Positions 11,404 to 26,400 of a stretch of 60,000 bases of DNA are shown here, piece after piece (positions within the stretch are counted from its first letter, which is position 1; every line of letters begins with the position of its first letter). This DNA comes from Lytechinus pictus (lineage: Eukaryota). A program made the position numbers and the translations under genes. The notes under the pieces were generated by a model. That model saw nothing but the letters and a program-made list of their open reading frames with translations, was not told the DNA's origin and did not search any database. The DNA is taken from the NCBI RefSeq assembly GCF_037042905.1, contig NC_087252.1, positions 4,900,001-4,960,000 on the forward strand, given 5' to 3'.

Positions 11404-14400
11404 CTGTTCACATTAAAAAAATATACAAAATTGTATTTAAATTAATGGTGCCATGATCAAACCTTTATAAGAGCTTCAGGTATTCCATTTAGAGAACTGG
11501 GGCCCGTTTCATAAAGGACTTGCAACTATTGTAACTTTGCCATAATGGCAACTACCGTGGTAAAAGGGCTCAGCAGCCAATCAGAATCAAGGTTACCATG
11601 GTAGTTGCCATAATGGCAAAGTTACAACAGTTGCAAGTCCTTTATGAAACGGGCTCCAGATTGACTAAATAAATCATTATTTTACTTGGCTAGACAAAAT
11701 GCTTACACTCATATTCAAATCATTTCTAAGTATTTTACTTTGTTAAGCCGAATTTATGTAAAATGCAGGCAAGACAAAATTGTAAGATCGTAGCCATTAA
11801 ATACATTTTGTTGCATGGCGCAATCAGCGAAGGGACATTATTAATCTTCTATGAAACAGCATCTCAATAGCTTTGTCCCTTTACAATGCCAAACATAAGT
11901 TGTATGAATGCCACAAATGACCCTTCATTCTTTCTTTGTGATGGGCAGATTTCAAAGCAAGATATTATGTAAACATGCCTTACATAGCAGGATAAAGAAA
12001 TTGGATAGACCAGGTGACTAGAATAGGAATAGCACACAATTGAACATTGTATGTAGGTATCTTTTGCATTTCTACTTTGAATGCATAATATAGCATGTTA
12101 TACAATGTACTTTGCAAACTGTGAGATACCAGTCTTCCGTGGACGCCTTGTTGTTTTTTGTGGATGTAAATGAAAAACACAATTCAAAAGAATATAACCG
12201 AGATATCAAAGTTGGTGCCTTTGTCATTAAATTTTAAACCACCATGTCACTTTAGTACAAATGACCTCCTCTGATCATGCGCAGAGTGGAACTACGAACT
12301 GGCTTATTATACACCTACCTCCTGATTCTATCTTCTTTGTTTCAACAGCTACAGAGTCTTTATCACCAGAACCTGGTATATAAAAAGAGAAGGTTCTTCA
12401 TCAGTAACAGGTGTTGTCAATCATCCAAAATGGAATTGAGTTTAATAGCCAATATTATTGCGCTATTGCCTAACATTGTTTAGAATATACCTTCTTTCCA
12501 ACCATTTATGTGTAGTTCTTAAGATGTCATAAAAGCTTCCTAATTTTTACCAAAGAATCTCCTCCTGGTAGCTTAAAAAAGGTTTTAACGAAGGGGGAGT
12601 TGCAAGAAATCATTTGCAAAATTTCTGTTACAATTTTTCAAGCGACATATCAGTTTTAGCTGTTCAAAATTAATTAACATTCCTTGTCGCAAGAAGCAGA
12701 TTAGCAATAAAGTGTACATTTTGAATTGATAACAAGACAATATGATTGATTTTGTGACCCCAAATACACTAGCGATTAACCAAGTTTTTTGCAATGCCCC
12801 ATTAGCTACATTAATCAGAAGGTGAAAACTATATTTTACAAGAGTGTGATAAGCAAGAACAAATTCCGGTACACGAATTATAAAAAGAACATGTTATCTT
12901 GCTGCAGGCTGTAAATTTCTCATAACAGAGATTGCAGACTGTTTGAATACTGAAGATGTAGCACAATAAACTTCAAAGAACTTACCGCTTGACACCACTT
13001 TCACAGATCCCTTCTCCTTGTCTGCAGGCTCCTGGGCTTTAGAGTTCGAACCTTGACTTCTTTTTTCACCAGAACTCATTCTTCTCCTTTTAGGAGTGAT
13101 TTTAGTCCTTACTACCTCGTCCTTGATACTGTCCGCATCCTCATCAAACTCCGCCCCATCCTCAAAGTCCAAATCAATCTTTTTATGTCGCATCCTCCTC
13201 GACCGTCGGCTCTGACTCAACTCATCTTCGCCATCAGAAGACTCGCTATCGGAATCATCATCAATGTCACCATCCTTTGACAGAGCCTCTCTCCATTTGC
13301 TTCTCGCTCGCTCCCGGACCTTGTCTCTGGCATCGTGGCTGTTGTCGTCGCTGTCATCGTGCTCGGACTCTTTACCCCCATCGGATGAGCCGTCAGAGTC
13401 GTCACTGGATTCGTCTGCCTTCCACTCCATCTCTTCTTTGGCATCGTCTGCACTTCCGTCATCACCGTCACCATAGATGGAATACTGGATCGGCCGATGC
13501 TTCCTCTTCCTATTCGCGTAGGGACTGGAGCGGGGTTCTGAAAACAATGCAAAAATGCATAATTATCATTAAAATCATGTTTTAGTTTAGGGATGACGGG
13601 GTTCTTTACAGAAAGAGTCGCAATCAAATGCAACTCCAGAAATCGAATGTAACTTGGTTTTGAGCCAATCATACAGGTGTATTTTGGACTTGCGTTTGAT
13701 TTTTTTCTAGATGAGTTTGAATGCAGCTCTTTCGACCACAGGTCCCTGATGTAATATATTCAAACTCTAATGTGATAAATCAAAATAAAATAATACTTTG
13801 CTTCCATTGCATCAACATCTCTGTAAAAAATGCTAAAGATCTGTATGTATTTAGTGTTAGCATTAGGCAAAGAGTCACAGCAATATAAGTACCATGCATC
13901 AGCACCTAAATCCCATACATTTGCAAGATCTCTGACATGTCAAGATTTAGGTGCGCTTACCCAAGACAATTTCCCTTAACATGACACAGAACCACTCTGA
14001 ACAGTACAAAGCGCACCCATCGCCACCATGTAATACACATAAATCCCATAGGGCTACACGATCTCTCTCATGTGAAGGGTTACTATACATGCTTTGTACA
14101 CCTATCTATATAAGATACAGAGCTACTCTGAACATGACTAATTGCACCAATTGCCATCTTGTAATACACATAAATACCATAGGGCTTCAAGATCTCTGGC
14201 ACATGAAGATGAAGGTGCATTTACCCTGGACATTATACCTACACAAGATACAGAACCACTGTGAACATGGCTAATTGTGCCAATCGCCATTATGTTATAC
14301 ACATAAATCCCATAAGGCTGCAAGATCTCTGGCACATGAAGATTCAGGTACACTCACCTTGGGCACTATCCCTGCACAAGATACAGAGCCACTCTGTATC

Positions 14401-17400
14401 CGGTGCACTCTTGACGTCGACGCAACGGAAATGATACCATTCCACAGAACAGTCTTGACCATCACAAGCTATCATCCGGTCCCAAGAGTTTGGCTGCCCA
14501 CAAGGACACAGACCGGGCTCCTCCAATTGGTCCTTCTTCATCCTCTGTCTCTTTAGTTCTTCTCTCTTCTTCCTTCGCAATCGCAATTCTTTCCTTCTCT
14601 CTTTCTTTAATCTCAGAGCTTCAGCTGCTTCTGTGGGAAGATTTGCAATGATCGACAACTGACAATTTGGGAAGTATTTGAATTTACAAAGATATGTCAA
14701 ATTTATTCATTATTTTTCAAAAATTTCATTCAGGGTCCCATTACATAACATTTAGCAGTTGATTTTGGATCAGGGGGCCGTTTCATAAAGTTGTTCGTAA
14801 GTTAAGAGCGACTTTAAGAACTAGTGGTGGTCCTTTCTTATGTGCTAAACCATCTCCAATGAATATACCATTTACCACAAGGATCACCAGTCGCTCTTCA
14901 CTTACGAACAGCTTTATGAAACACCCACCTGAATTCTATGATTAATTTCATTGATTAATGTGCAGGATCCATTGTTAAAGTCAGCTCTAGATCAGTTTCT
15001 GTCACATGGCCCTTGCTTTAGAGTTTGTGGTTATATATGTTATAGAATGATCTATTATGAAGTTCATTTGCAAGATTAATTATAACATCTCACGTGACAT
15101 TGGAAGGGACAGTGATTATCTGTCATTATAGTTGTTTCTGAAGACATTGAAAATTTGACTTAAAGTGGAAATTGTCAAAGAAAATGTACACAGCAAAACC
15201 ATGAATTCTGTTTTGCAACGGTACACGTAAATTCAATGAACTTTCACATGAAAAGTAAAGAAACAAACACTGTCCCTACATTGGTAGTGTTGCATGCATT
15301 TATCTTCAAACATGAATTTGCAGACCTACTTTTATTCCTCTTAAAATTTTTATACAGGTTTGTAGCTTATATTGCTCGAAATGTCACTGAGGATCTGTAC
15401 CTCCCGACTGGAAGACACCAAGGGAAGCTCAGGTGAATGAGTCTTCAATATTGCAAGGTTATTATAAATATTATTTCAATTGGCATTCTAGTATTCGGCA
15501 AACATATAAAGAACTAGCATTAGGAGAGAGGAGAGTCTCATGGATGCCAGGAAAAGAAAAGATTAACTAAATAACTATAACCCAAACTCAAAGAAAATCA
15601 TGGAGGGAAAAATTGAAGGCAAAAGAGGAAGGGGATGTTAGAGGAAAAGCTGGCTTGGAAATATTGAAGAGATGACAGGCAGAAAGATAAACGAATGCTG
15701 CAAGATAGCACTGGACAGAGACAGATGGAAAACCATGACAAAGCCTCTTTAAAGAGATGGAACAGCGGCAAGGTAAGTAAAGACATCATTTTCCAATCCA
15801 TGTGATTTTACAGAAAGATTCTTACCTTTTGAGCAGAACGGACAAAACCACTCATCCTTTGGCACCTTGGTGACTCCTACACATGTGAAGTGATACCATT
15901 CCACCTCACATTTTGGATTGTCACAGGCAATCATGGCATCATAAGAGTTGGCCCGCCCGCAAGGACACACCCCAAGACGGCTGGACTTGTCCACCACGTT
16001 GAAGAAGCAGCCTTGCTTTGCAGCTGTGATAGGAGACAAGAGAATAAGGATAGCACATTAGGATAGAAACTTGTTATTCTGCTATGACAGTGGTTTCTTT
16101 CTCAAGGGCACATTACGGCTGAATCTCTTATAACCACAAAAATCTGATCAAATAGGGCAAAATTCCGACTAAGAAGATGTATATGATCTGTTTTATATAT
16201 TCTTGTGGGTGTTTCATAAAGCTGTTCGTTAAGTTATGCACAACTTTACACACGACTGGAACATGTTCTTAGGTCATAAATCAATTACATAGGGATATCA
16301 CATAGCACAAAAAAAGGATCACCAGTCATGCATTAAGTCATTCGTATCTTACGAACCGCTTTATGAAACACCCACCCAGTCCAAATAAATGCATACATTT
16401 CTGTGGTTATTTTACTTCAGAAAAGTATCCTATAAATCCTATGTAGGACTACAAATCTTACAGTAGTCCTAAAGTTTAGTTGGCCTTGGGTTTGGATAGC
16501 ATGCGATACCAAATAGTAATTGGCTGAAACTGTTATGCTATCAGCTACTTCCCTTTGGCCCAAATATCATTTTCTCATTGATTGTAAATCACCTGCATTT
16601 GATTTTTGGAGTTGTGTTTGATTGTAAATATTTCTGCAACAGGGTCAAGCCCTGTTTCCCATTAGCCAAATTATTTAGCAATTCTAAATGAATGTCCTAA
16701 CTGACATTGACTTGATATTGATCATACAAGCATCAATGACTGCATATTCTCTCTAGTGACTCTATGTCAAAAGGTCACATCTTCTATTAATTTGTCCTCA
16801 ATTTCTGTACAATGTAATATGGAAACTACATGTACTGTCAAAGATTTTTGCTCCAAGAAGAAAGGGATAATTGAAAGAAACTGAAATTTTCAAGGTATTT
16901 TTCAGTTGATGAAGGTGCACTTTATGGCCAAGTTCACATTTCCACAAGGATATAACTTGGGACCTGAACTATTTTCAACATACAATCATGCATGTAATTG
17001 AATGCAAACTACTCACACCCCTTCTTGGTAATACCATATATTTATTTAATAATGCATTCAATGACACTGCTCTCAAAGTTTGCAGAAAGGTGAAAAACGG
17101 GAAGAATGTAAATTATCCAATTAGAATTCCCCAAAATCTTACCATCATGAAATTAAAGGCAAAACAGAAGAAAGTAATACATTAGCCCTAACTTTTATAT
17201 AGTTTCATGAAAATCAAATCATAACGAGAAAAAAAATGCTTAAAAAATGAATCTCAAGTCTTGAAGAATTAAAGAGATTTAACTAGTAACTGGTGAAAAG
17301 TATGGTGTTAAACAAACCTATAGAAATACTAGCAATTAGCAAACTCGTGAAATGGGGGCAAACATAGAAAGGTACGGACAAGACAAAGTCTGTTGTATTT

Positions 17401-20400
17401 AGAATAGACATATATGTACAAGAAATCAAGAGCCCAACATAAAGTAGACCTGGGTCCTGTTGTATACAATTTATTATTATGGTACCTTTAATATCCAATG
17501 GTGACTTTCATGGCAATGATTCCCAACAGCCAATGAATATGAAGGATTCCATCGAAGTTACCACTGGATTGCAAATTTACCAAAATACTAACTTTTAGAA
17601 ACACAGGATAAGGAGGGGTCCATATCTTAAACACATTTCACAATTTTTTTTATCACATGATTTAGAAAGATGGATTAATGAATGATTGACTATTACATAA
17701 AGTAATAAAAATAAATTAACACAACACAAACAACTGCAAGGCAAAACAGGGCTTAAAAATGATTGCTCGGGTAATTGGTTCTAAAAATGCATTTACTAGT
17801 CAATTTCAAGCAGGCATGGCTATTTGAAGAATGGCTAATACTGCTAACTACATGTCAAATGCTCGTGCACTGCTTTTTAACATTTATTAATTGTGAGGTT
17901 TGCTTTAGAGCAAAAGGTTTATTTCAAAATCTTTCTTTGGGTTGAAATAAAGTCTAAATCAAAGATGGAATTAAATAAAGTGGTTTTAGATTTAAGTGTT
18001 CTCAAATTTTCTTATTCCATACTATAAAAGAATTCTCCAATATAAATCTGATGCAAAAAATACCATATTTCATGAGATTGACTCGATTCTGGTCCCTCCA
18101 AAGTTATTAAAAGAACTGAGGATGGCCACATCGTCATCACAGAAACTACAATATATCCAGAGACTTTATTACAGGGATGAAATATGTGAACGGGTTTGTT
18201 TGTAACCCACCTGAGGAAGATTTCCTACGGGCCTGAACGGAACGCTTTTCTTGGCTCCCTTCTGTGAATAATATAATTGAAGGCTTGCATCAGTATTCAA
18301 GTAATTCTTTTAAATTACTTTTTAATCACAAAATTTGCTCTTTGGTTTTTGACTAAGTTTGTACAAAAAGCAACTTTCAAAGAGAAATATTAATGTTTTG
18401 ATGGAAAACTGGAATTTTAAAGAAATTTAGTTTAACTGAGTAGGTAATTCAAATTACTTCTTTCACCTTCTGGATCATATCATACACATGCAGTGCAATG
18501 TATAGTGAAGGAAGAGGAAGAAAAGTGTGAAAGCAAAGGGGCATAGCAGGTACGAGGAATAAAGAGGGTAAGGGGGGACCGAAAGCTCAACAAAATGAAA
18601 AATTAAGAAAAAAAGAAAAGGATATGGGAGAGAAAATGGAAACAGAAGATAGATGAACAAGATATGACATGTTGAGAAGACAATATCAGAGGACAGATTG
18701 GCCCAAAGCAAAGATACATCCCCCCCCCAAAAAAAAGAGAATATAGGGGAGTATTAAAAAACAGACTTTTTTTTTAAAGAGGGGTTAATAATTCTTGCCC
18801 AAATAGATCCACCTAGTGTAACTGGTACTGAATCATGCACAAGACTAAATTCTGGCAGCTAAAAAAAAAAAACTCCTTTGTTTGTATTTCTAATTGTTTA
18901 CCTTTATTTCACTACATGGGAGAGGAGTTGAGGGGGGGGGGGTGATAATTGGCACTTTAATATGATACTTTAAGAGTTGGAAATGACAGATTGGAAGGTA
19001 CTAATATATTGCAAGATATTTTAGTTTCCTTAAAAATATAGATTCTAGCTTTACTTGGCATACATGAAACCGGGGCTCCCCCAAATAAGTTAATGCCACT
19101 TCAACACTAAAAAATATATATGTAAAACATAATATAGCAAAGGGAGTGGTAGATATGAAAGGAGGAGGAAAGAAGGGGTGTATAAAATGTTGTGTTGGAA
19201 AAGAGAAAAAAAATAAGAACAAGTGGAATGCCTCTGGCCGTCTCACCTGCATCACGCGATTCAATATAGCAGCAGTGCTGATTTTGAAAACTACTATAAC
19301 TCGCACAAGATGTTCAGTGATACTTGGTTACTCTTATTTCCACGTTTTATGAACTAGACCAATACACTTATAGAGATATGATGGCAATTCAACAAATACC
19401 CCCAACGTGGCCAAAGTTCTTTGACCTTACATGACCTTTGACCTTGATCATGTGACCTGAAACTCGCACAGGATGTTCAGTGATACTTGATTACTATTAT
19501 GTCCAAGTTTTATGTACTAGACCAACACACTTTCAAATTTATGGCTGTAATTCAACAAATACCCCAATTTGGCCAAAGTTCATTGACCCTAAATGACCTT
19601 TGACCTTGATCATGTGACCTGAAACTTGCACAGGATGTTCAGTAATACTTGATTACTATTATGTCCAAGTTTCATGAATCAGATCCATAAACTTTCAAAG
19701 TTATGATGGTAATTCAACAGATACCCCCAATTCGGCCAAAGTTCATTGACCCTAAATGACCTTTGACCTTGGTCATGTGATGTGAAACTCAAGCAGGATG
19801 TTCAGTGATACTTGATTAACCTTATGTATAAGTTTCATGAACTAGGTCCATATATTTTCTAAGTTATGATGACATTTCAAAAACTTAACCTTAGGTTAAG
19901 ATTTTGATGTTGATTCCCCCAACATGGTCTAAGTTCATTGACCCTAAATGACCTTTGACCTTGGTCATGTGACATGAAACTCAGGCAGGATGTTCAGTAA
20001 TACTTGATTAACCTTATGGCCAAGTTTCATGAACTAGGTCCATATACTTTCTAAGTTATGCTGTCATTTCAAAAACTTAACCTCAGGTTAAGATTTGGTG
20101 TTGACGCCGCCGCCGCCGTCGCCGTCGGAAAAGCGGCGCCTATAGTCTCACTCTGCTATGCAGGTGAGACAAAAACAGAATGGTGAAAGTTTGAAAAAAA
20201 AATAAGACAAGGAATGGCTGCTTTAAAATTGAGATCCTTAAGACTATGTAGATTTCAAGTTGGCAACTGGGTAAGTAAATTATGACAAGGGGCTAGGACA
20301 ACTTTTCCATAGGGCTTGTACTTAATTGTCGGGAATTTGTGGTGTTTCTACGTACCTATTCCCCTTGGGTAGTACCGCCTAATCAAAATATATAGCATTA

Positions 20401-23400
20401 TTTTTTAATGTCCTCATGAAGTTCCCCTTGAGCAGTAGGGCCTAACCAAAATATAACCAAGATAGCATTTTTTTTAATGTCCTCATGAAAGAATAATATA
20501 ATTTGAAGAAAACATTTTTTTTTAAATGACACTCTAGCCATTTTATATATTGGAGCAAGTGGAAGAGTAGTCCTTGCCTTACAAATGTGGCAAATTTGAA
20601 GTTTCCATGGGGATAGTGATTACTGATTTGTACATATTTCAAAATTTAATAACTTTCTTTGTTTTTTGTCCAATATTATTCAAACTTTCCCTTATCAAAT
20701 TGTCTGAACTTTATTTTTCCTCTAAAAACAATTTTTTATTTGGGTTAGATTTCCCTAAAAATGAGGAAGTAGAACAAGAAGGAGGGGGAAGATGAAGAAG
20801 AGTTTGGAGGAAGAGGAAGGGGGGTGGGGAGAAGATAGGAGGAAGGGTGTGAGAAAGGGGGTAGGCACTAAACATGGAAAGAAAGCCCCCTATAAAAATC
20901 ATATTAAAAAAAAAGTGATAGGAAAAGGTGCAATAAACACACCAAATAGGATTTCAGATATAACACTGAAAGTACTATGAGGTGAGACCAAGTGATGTGC
21001 ATTACAAAACTTTCTCAAAACAATATTTGAATTCTATAGTTCTATAAGTCTACCTACAGCTTTGGTAATAAAAGTCTAGCATTCCAATCTTGAAAAAGTG
21101 CCGTGACTGAAATATTTTTCTCATTTATTGATGCTTTGTGAAACTTTGAATATTATAATTTGAAAACATTCATTGGCCACTCTTGGTAATGCTTTTATGT
21201 TTCAATCAAAAAGGCACTTTGAACATTTGTCTTACAAAGTTAGAAAGATTATATCCTGATTTTTTTCAGCCCATTTAATGCTGCTTGAGTAATGGTTTAT
21301 ACCAAAAAGAAAAGCAAAAGGCAATGAATTCACTGTGGTCAGGAGCCCCACCAAAATAAATTATCATGAAAAATAGCTTTAAAAACCCACTAAAACTAAT
21401 TTTACCTGACATCATCCACAACACTACATTACATGACATACACATTAATATTATAAACAAGAATAGTGTCCACATCTGTGGGTAATTTAATAAAACTTCA
21501 AGAAAAGAGGCTCTAAACTATATTCCATTGGGTTTATATAGGTAACGCGGTTGGACGGGTTGAACCAAAAACATGTCCATGGGAAGTCCCTAAATGAAGG
21601 AATAGACAGGCTAAAAGATTTTAATGAGAACTGCACACAAGAATTGTAAGTTAAGGAGCACTGCAATAAAAACCAGTCAATCCCACATTAGGTGCTCTGT
21701 GATAGACAGCAAGACTTGAGGGTTGCTTAGTCTTGATAAACATACCTTTTGTTGAAATGATTGAACATATATTTTGAATTTCTGTGTAATTACTACTACA
21801 TTCATCTGATCTTTACCCAAATTAGTATAAATACTTTATAATTTTTTTTGTTCCTACTGGCAGCACACTTCTTAAAATGAAAATTTAAAGAGTAATAAAT
21901 AATTCATCATCATATCTATGTAAATTGAGTTTATAATGAAAGACTACATATACACATTATAAAAGTGATACATTTTGGGCAAGAAACCCAGAACAATTTG
22001 AGAAGGAGCTGATTTTATTTTAGGTGGATGTGGTGGATTACTTTGATTTGGTTTCATAAAACAAGAAATGTGAATATTTGAAAGAAAAAAAATAAATTGA
22101 AAATGAGAAAATATGTTTGATAAATGTACTGCTGCTGCAGTCTGCATATATTGTAATATACATACCCCCACCACCTAAAAAAATAAATGTGTCGCCATGT
22201 ACAGATTTCATCTCTCAACGTCTTTTCTATTTGTGATAGTGGTAGAAAATTGAAGTAATTACCAGCACGGTAGAGTTCTTCATTGGTTTTGTTGACTCGC
22301 ACAACGGCATCAATCTTCTCACATTTGATTTTGAGTAAGGTGGAGCAGGGACTCGACGGGGCCTTCCGTTTCAGGGAAGACAACACTACAGGAGAGGACA
22401 AAAGGATAGAGGATAATAAATAGCACAGGTAAAGTTCAGTGTTAAAGGAAGATTGGCATCGACTTTCATTGCTGACCCCAGACTCTATAAAAGGCATTGG
22501 AAATACCTGTAGCATAGAAAACTTCTGGGGGAAGCAAACTGGCTGTGCCAGTGTGCAATTCTATGGCCAAGCCTGCTTATGCTCTGGCAACTGCCAATCC
22601 AGAAAAAAGCGAGATCATGACTTTACCATAAGGCATTTTCCAGTAGCATATTACGTCTGCTGGTCTTAAATCTTGTTCTACTCTGGGTAGTATACATCTA
22701 CATCCAAACGTTGTCTAATTCCTACGAAAACACATAATTATTTTCCTTTAATTTCAGGAATTTCGCATTCCTAATTTTTCCACCAAGGTTTGAAAGATCA
22801 TAATAAAATCCAGTTGTGGAATATGAACACAATAATTGTCAATTATGGCCTTTGATCTTGGTGGAGTTGTCTTGTTTTTAATTGCAACTCTTCGTTACTG
22901 GATCCCAATCATAGCAAAGATGATTACAAAACCTAGACTCTTACCTTCTTTTGTATCCTCTTTTAATTCTAATTTTGATTCAGTGACTTCTACTTGAGAG
23001 TCTGTCTCATCCTGGGATGGCTTGAGAATCTCAACAACTTCTATTTCCTCGTCCACTTCTTCCACTCTGACAGATTCAACTGTAGCCGATGAAACAGAGG
23101 AGTTCTTGGTACATTCTGAGGATTCCTCAGCAGATGTAATTGTCCTGGTGAGGTCTTTGGGTGAAGTTGTCTCTGAGGAAGTCTTTGAGGGTGTGTATCC
23201 GTGAGGTTCTTCCGGTTTTGGAAGAACTTTTACGACTTCCTCAATAGGGTCTTTCAGTTTTTGAACTGGCTTTTCCAGCTTCTGAGGGGGCTGTTCCGTT
23301 TTCTTGGGAAGCTCTACCAGTTTTTGGAGGGGTGGTACTGTTTTCTTTAAAGGTTGTTCTTGCTTTCCAGGGGCAACATTCCTATCAATCGGCGGGGTGA

Positions 23401-26400
23401 GAACTTGGGATGGCTTCACGAGCTGGATAGTTGGTGATGAGAATGTACTTACACTGACACCTTGTGGATTTGATGGCTTGGCAGACATTGGGTTGACAAA
23501 CACTTGCACATGTGGCATCGGAAGCTTTTGAGGAAGTCCCTTCGGGACAACTCGGGACATGGTTTGTTGCACCATAACTGGTTCATTTGGTGGGGTAGGG
23601 GGCAAAATGGTGATGAGGTTCGGATGGGTAGGGGTAACCCTGCCATCCTGAGGGGTGTTCAGAAGTTGTAAGGCATTCGGCGAACCGTTGCTCTGTTGAC
23701 TGTGAGCACCTTTGTTTGCTGCGGGACTGTGAACTCCTGTTTGTACGGTCACCACAGGTGTCTTAGAGCCCACTGTCCCTGAAGCAGAACAGCCACTCAC
23801 CACAACATTGGATATGAGCTTCCGTTCCTTGATAGCACCCGGCTTCTTCAGAGAAGATACGGCTAAAGTGATGAGAGGCGAGCTCCGCCCCTCTTTACGC
23901 TTTTCCTTTTTGTCCTCAGAGTTACTATGTGGGGCCACAGGTGTGTTCTTGCCTCTTTGCTCTGTGAGCACTGATGCTTTCTTATCGCTCTTCCGGTTAT
24001 GGGACACCTTGACAGTCTTCGTCGATCTCTTCTCCTTTTTGAGTGGTATGGTTGATTCGGGAGATGGAACAAAGCTGATTTCTAAAAGAGAAAAAGAATA
24101 AATATGGTTCATTTATTGGTATCAGATTCACAAAATGACAGTTTCTCAGCCCTAAATCAATGTTATATTTGTAATAAAGATAATAATCTGCTTTAATATA
24201 TGCGCTTAATACATCGGAACGACGTGTCTAAGCCCTTTACAGATATATTATTACCCCGGTCATCGGATTCAATCAGTCATTCCTGCACACAATGTGTGCA
24301 CATCCTCCACTCCCTGGGGAGTATTCCAGTCAGTCGCCGATGAGGCGCCCACAGTACCGGACAAGGTACAACGACTTTCACATCCTAACAGGTACCCATT
24401 TAGCACCTGGATCGAGAGTGGCAAACTGTGGATTAACGCCTTGCCAAAAGATGCGATACCGTGGTGGGATTCGAACACACAACCCTCTGTTTACAAGGCG
24501 AGAGTCAGAACCACTACACCACGGCTCCTCCACATGTATCTCATTGGAGTCACTGGATTCATTGGATATTGCATACATGTGTAACCAGCTCAAACTGAAC
24601 TGTTTGATAATGCACACAATTTCAAATCACCAAAGTGTTTGTCCCTGTTCTCATTACAATCCTAAAAACTAGTTTACTGGAACTGGTTCAGGAAAACAGT
24701 TTGGAAGATTGCTTTACTAGCGTTCCCGTTTGATCACCTGAAAGTGGTGTTCAAAACCACTTCATGGAAAGCGGTCTTGTTGTGATGGGAACGCTCTCAG
24801 TGGGGTGACATGTTTTGTGCAAAATTTGAAACTGCAGCATAGATATTCTACACACAGTGTGTGGAGTAACACACTCAAAATGTGCGACGATCGTTTCCAC
24901 AAGAACCGTTGTGTCCTCACGCTAAAACCAGTTTAACGAGGCAGAGCGATCTTGAAAACTACATTGCGAGGTAGTTTTCCGAACCGGTTTAGAAGATCGC
25001 TTCCAAGACCGCTTTGAGCGTTCTCATTACATTTTTAACTAGTTTCCAGTAAAGTTCGACATTAAATGAAATAGATGTCACATTCCAAGATGGCTGCTCG
25101 CATGGAAAAAGTTGATTTAAAGTGACAATTTTGGACTATATTTCTTTATTTTTGAAAAATATATATCTTCATCAAAAGTCACAAATTAGGGAAACATTGA
25201 CAGGTAATCAAATTTATCCGTATTTTCAGGAAAGGATGTACATCGACGATCTAAAGAACACACCATATCACTTTTATTTGTTCTCACATACTCACATTGA
25301 TGTTAGATCTAGACTTGAAAACGCGAATCTTCCGTCTTTTTGGACAGAAATATTACATACATGTAGTTTCACTTCATTTTCCATTCAAATTAAGAATATT
25401 CGTGAAATATACATTTTCTTAATTCATTTTAAGGCAGTATGATATGGATAAGGGGAATTTTTTGGTCAGTTTTATTGTATTTATGGTCACTTTTTCTCAA
25501 ACAGTGTAAACATTTACCAAAATTTGTAAACGTTTTTTTGTGTTAGCAGGCGTTTTAAAGGCAGTTATACGTTTTGACTCTGGCCTTACTAGATTACCTG
25601 GTAAATCATCGTCATCGTCGTCATCTTGTATCTTTTCTTCTCGAAGAATAACGTCCTTGAAGGCAAAGCTGAAATGTTCATCTGGAGAAGAATGAAACAA
25701 AGCCACATCACTCATCAAAATACACTAGGTGGTTGTAAGTTCACATTTATATGTAGAGTCATCTAACTTCATTTCAAATTTGGTGCTGTACTGATATTAA
25801 AATCGGCCCAACATCAAAAGATCAACATCAAACTTGAAATTGTACACTAGATGCAAACTCATAACATGCATACCACATTTTGAAATAATTAATTCTTATA
25901 CTACCATAACATTTAATAATCAAATAAAATATGAAAAAATAAATTACAACAAGGTGAGAAATTAGTAAATTAAAGAAAACAAAAGCAGTGCAGTAATACC
26001 AAATAAGAGAGAAAAAATAAATAGATAGAAATTCACGAAGGAGATTTTTTTTTATAGCATGCAGTATAAAAAACAACACCTCTTTTTATGAATGACACCA
26101 ATAATTCTGGTATTCAAACTTCACAAACAATGACAAACTTGATGAATTCAAAGCAAAGTAAAAGACAAAAATGTCTATAAGAATTTAAACTGAACAAAAA
26201 GAAGATATTAGAAATGTTCAGTCATAACAGTTGAGAGTTTCTTTTTAAGACATTTTAAGCATATTTCCTTATTAATAAATGGAATGCTACCAAGGGTTCC
26301 AATAAAAATGGATGTTTCAAAATTACAATCAAGTGCAGGCCTTTGTGATAGGGGTCCACAAGAAACTCCGAACTACTATGAGTTATTAAAGAAAAACATG

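Noticed and set aside
14358..16023. Naming the gene ING1-5
   Set aside because: The PHDs are ING-like, but size, duplication, C2H2 fingers and the lack of a recognisable ING N-terminal domain do not fit.
24455..24528. tRNA gene
   Set aside because: The tRNA-like head runs into a SINE core and LINE-type tail, with no terminator or clean cloverleaf.
25497..25597. Longer version of the 25.6-kb exon to a donor at 25518
   Set aside because: That donor is phase 0 and would break the frame with the next acceptor.
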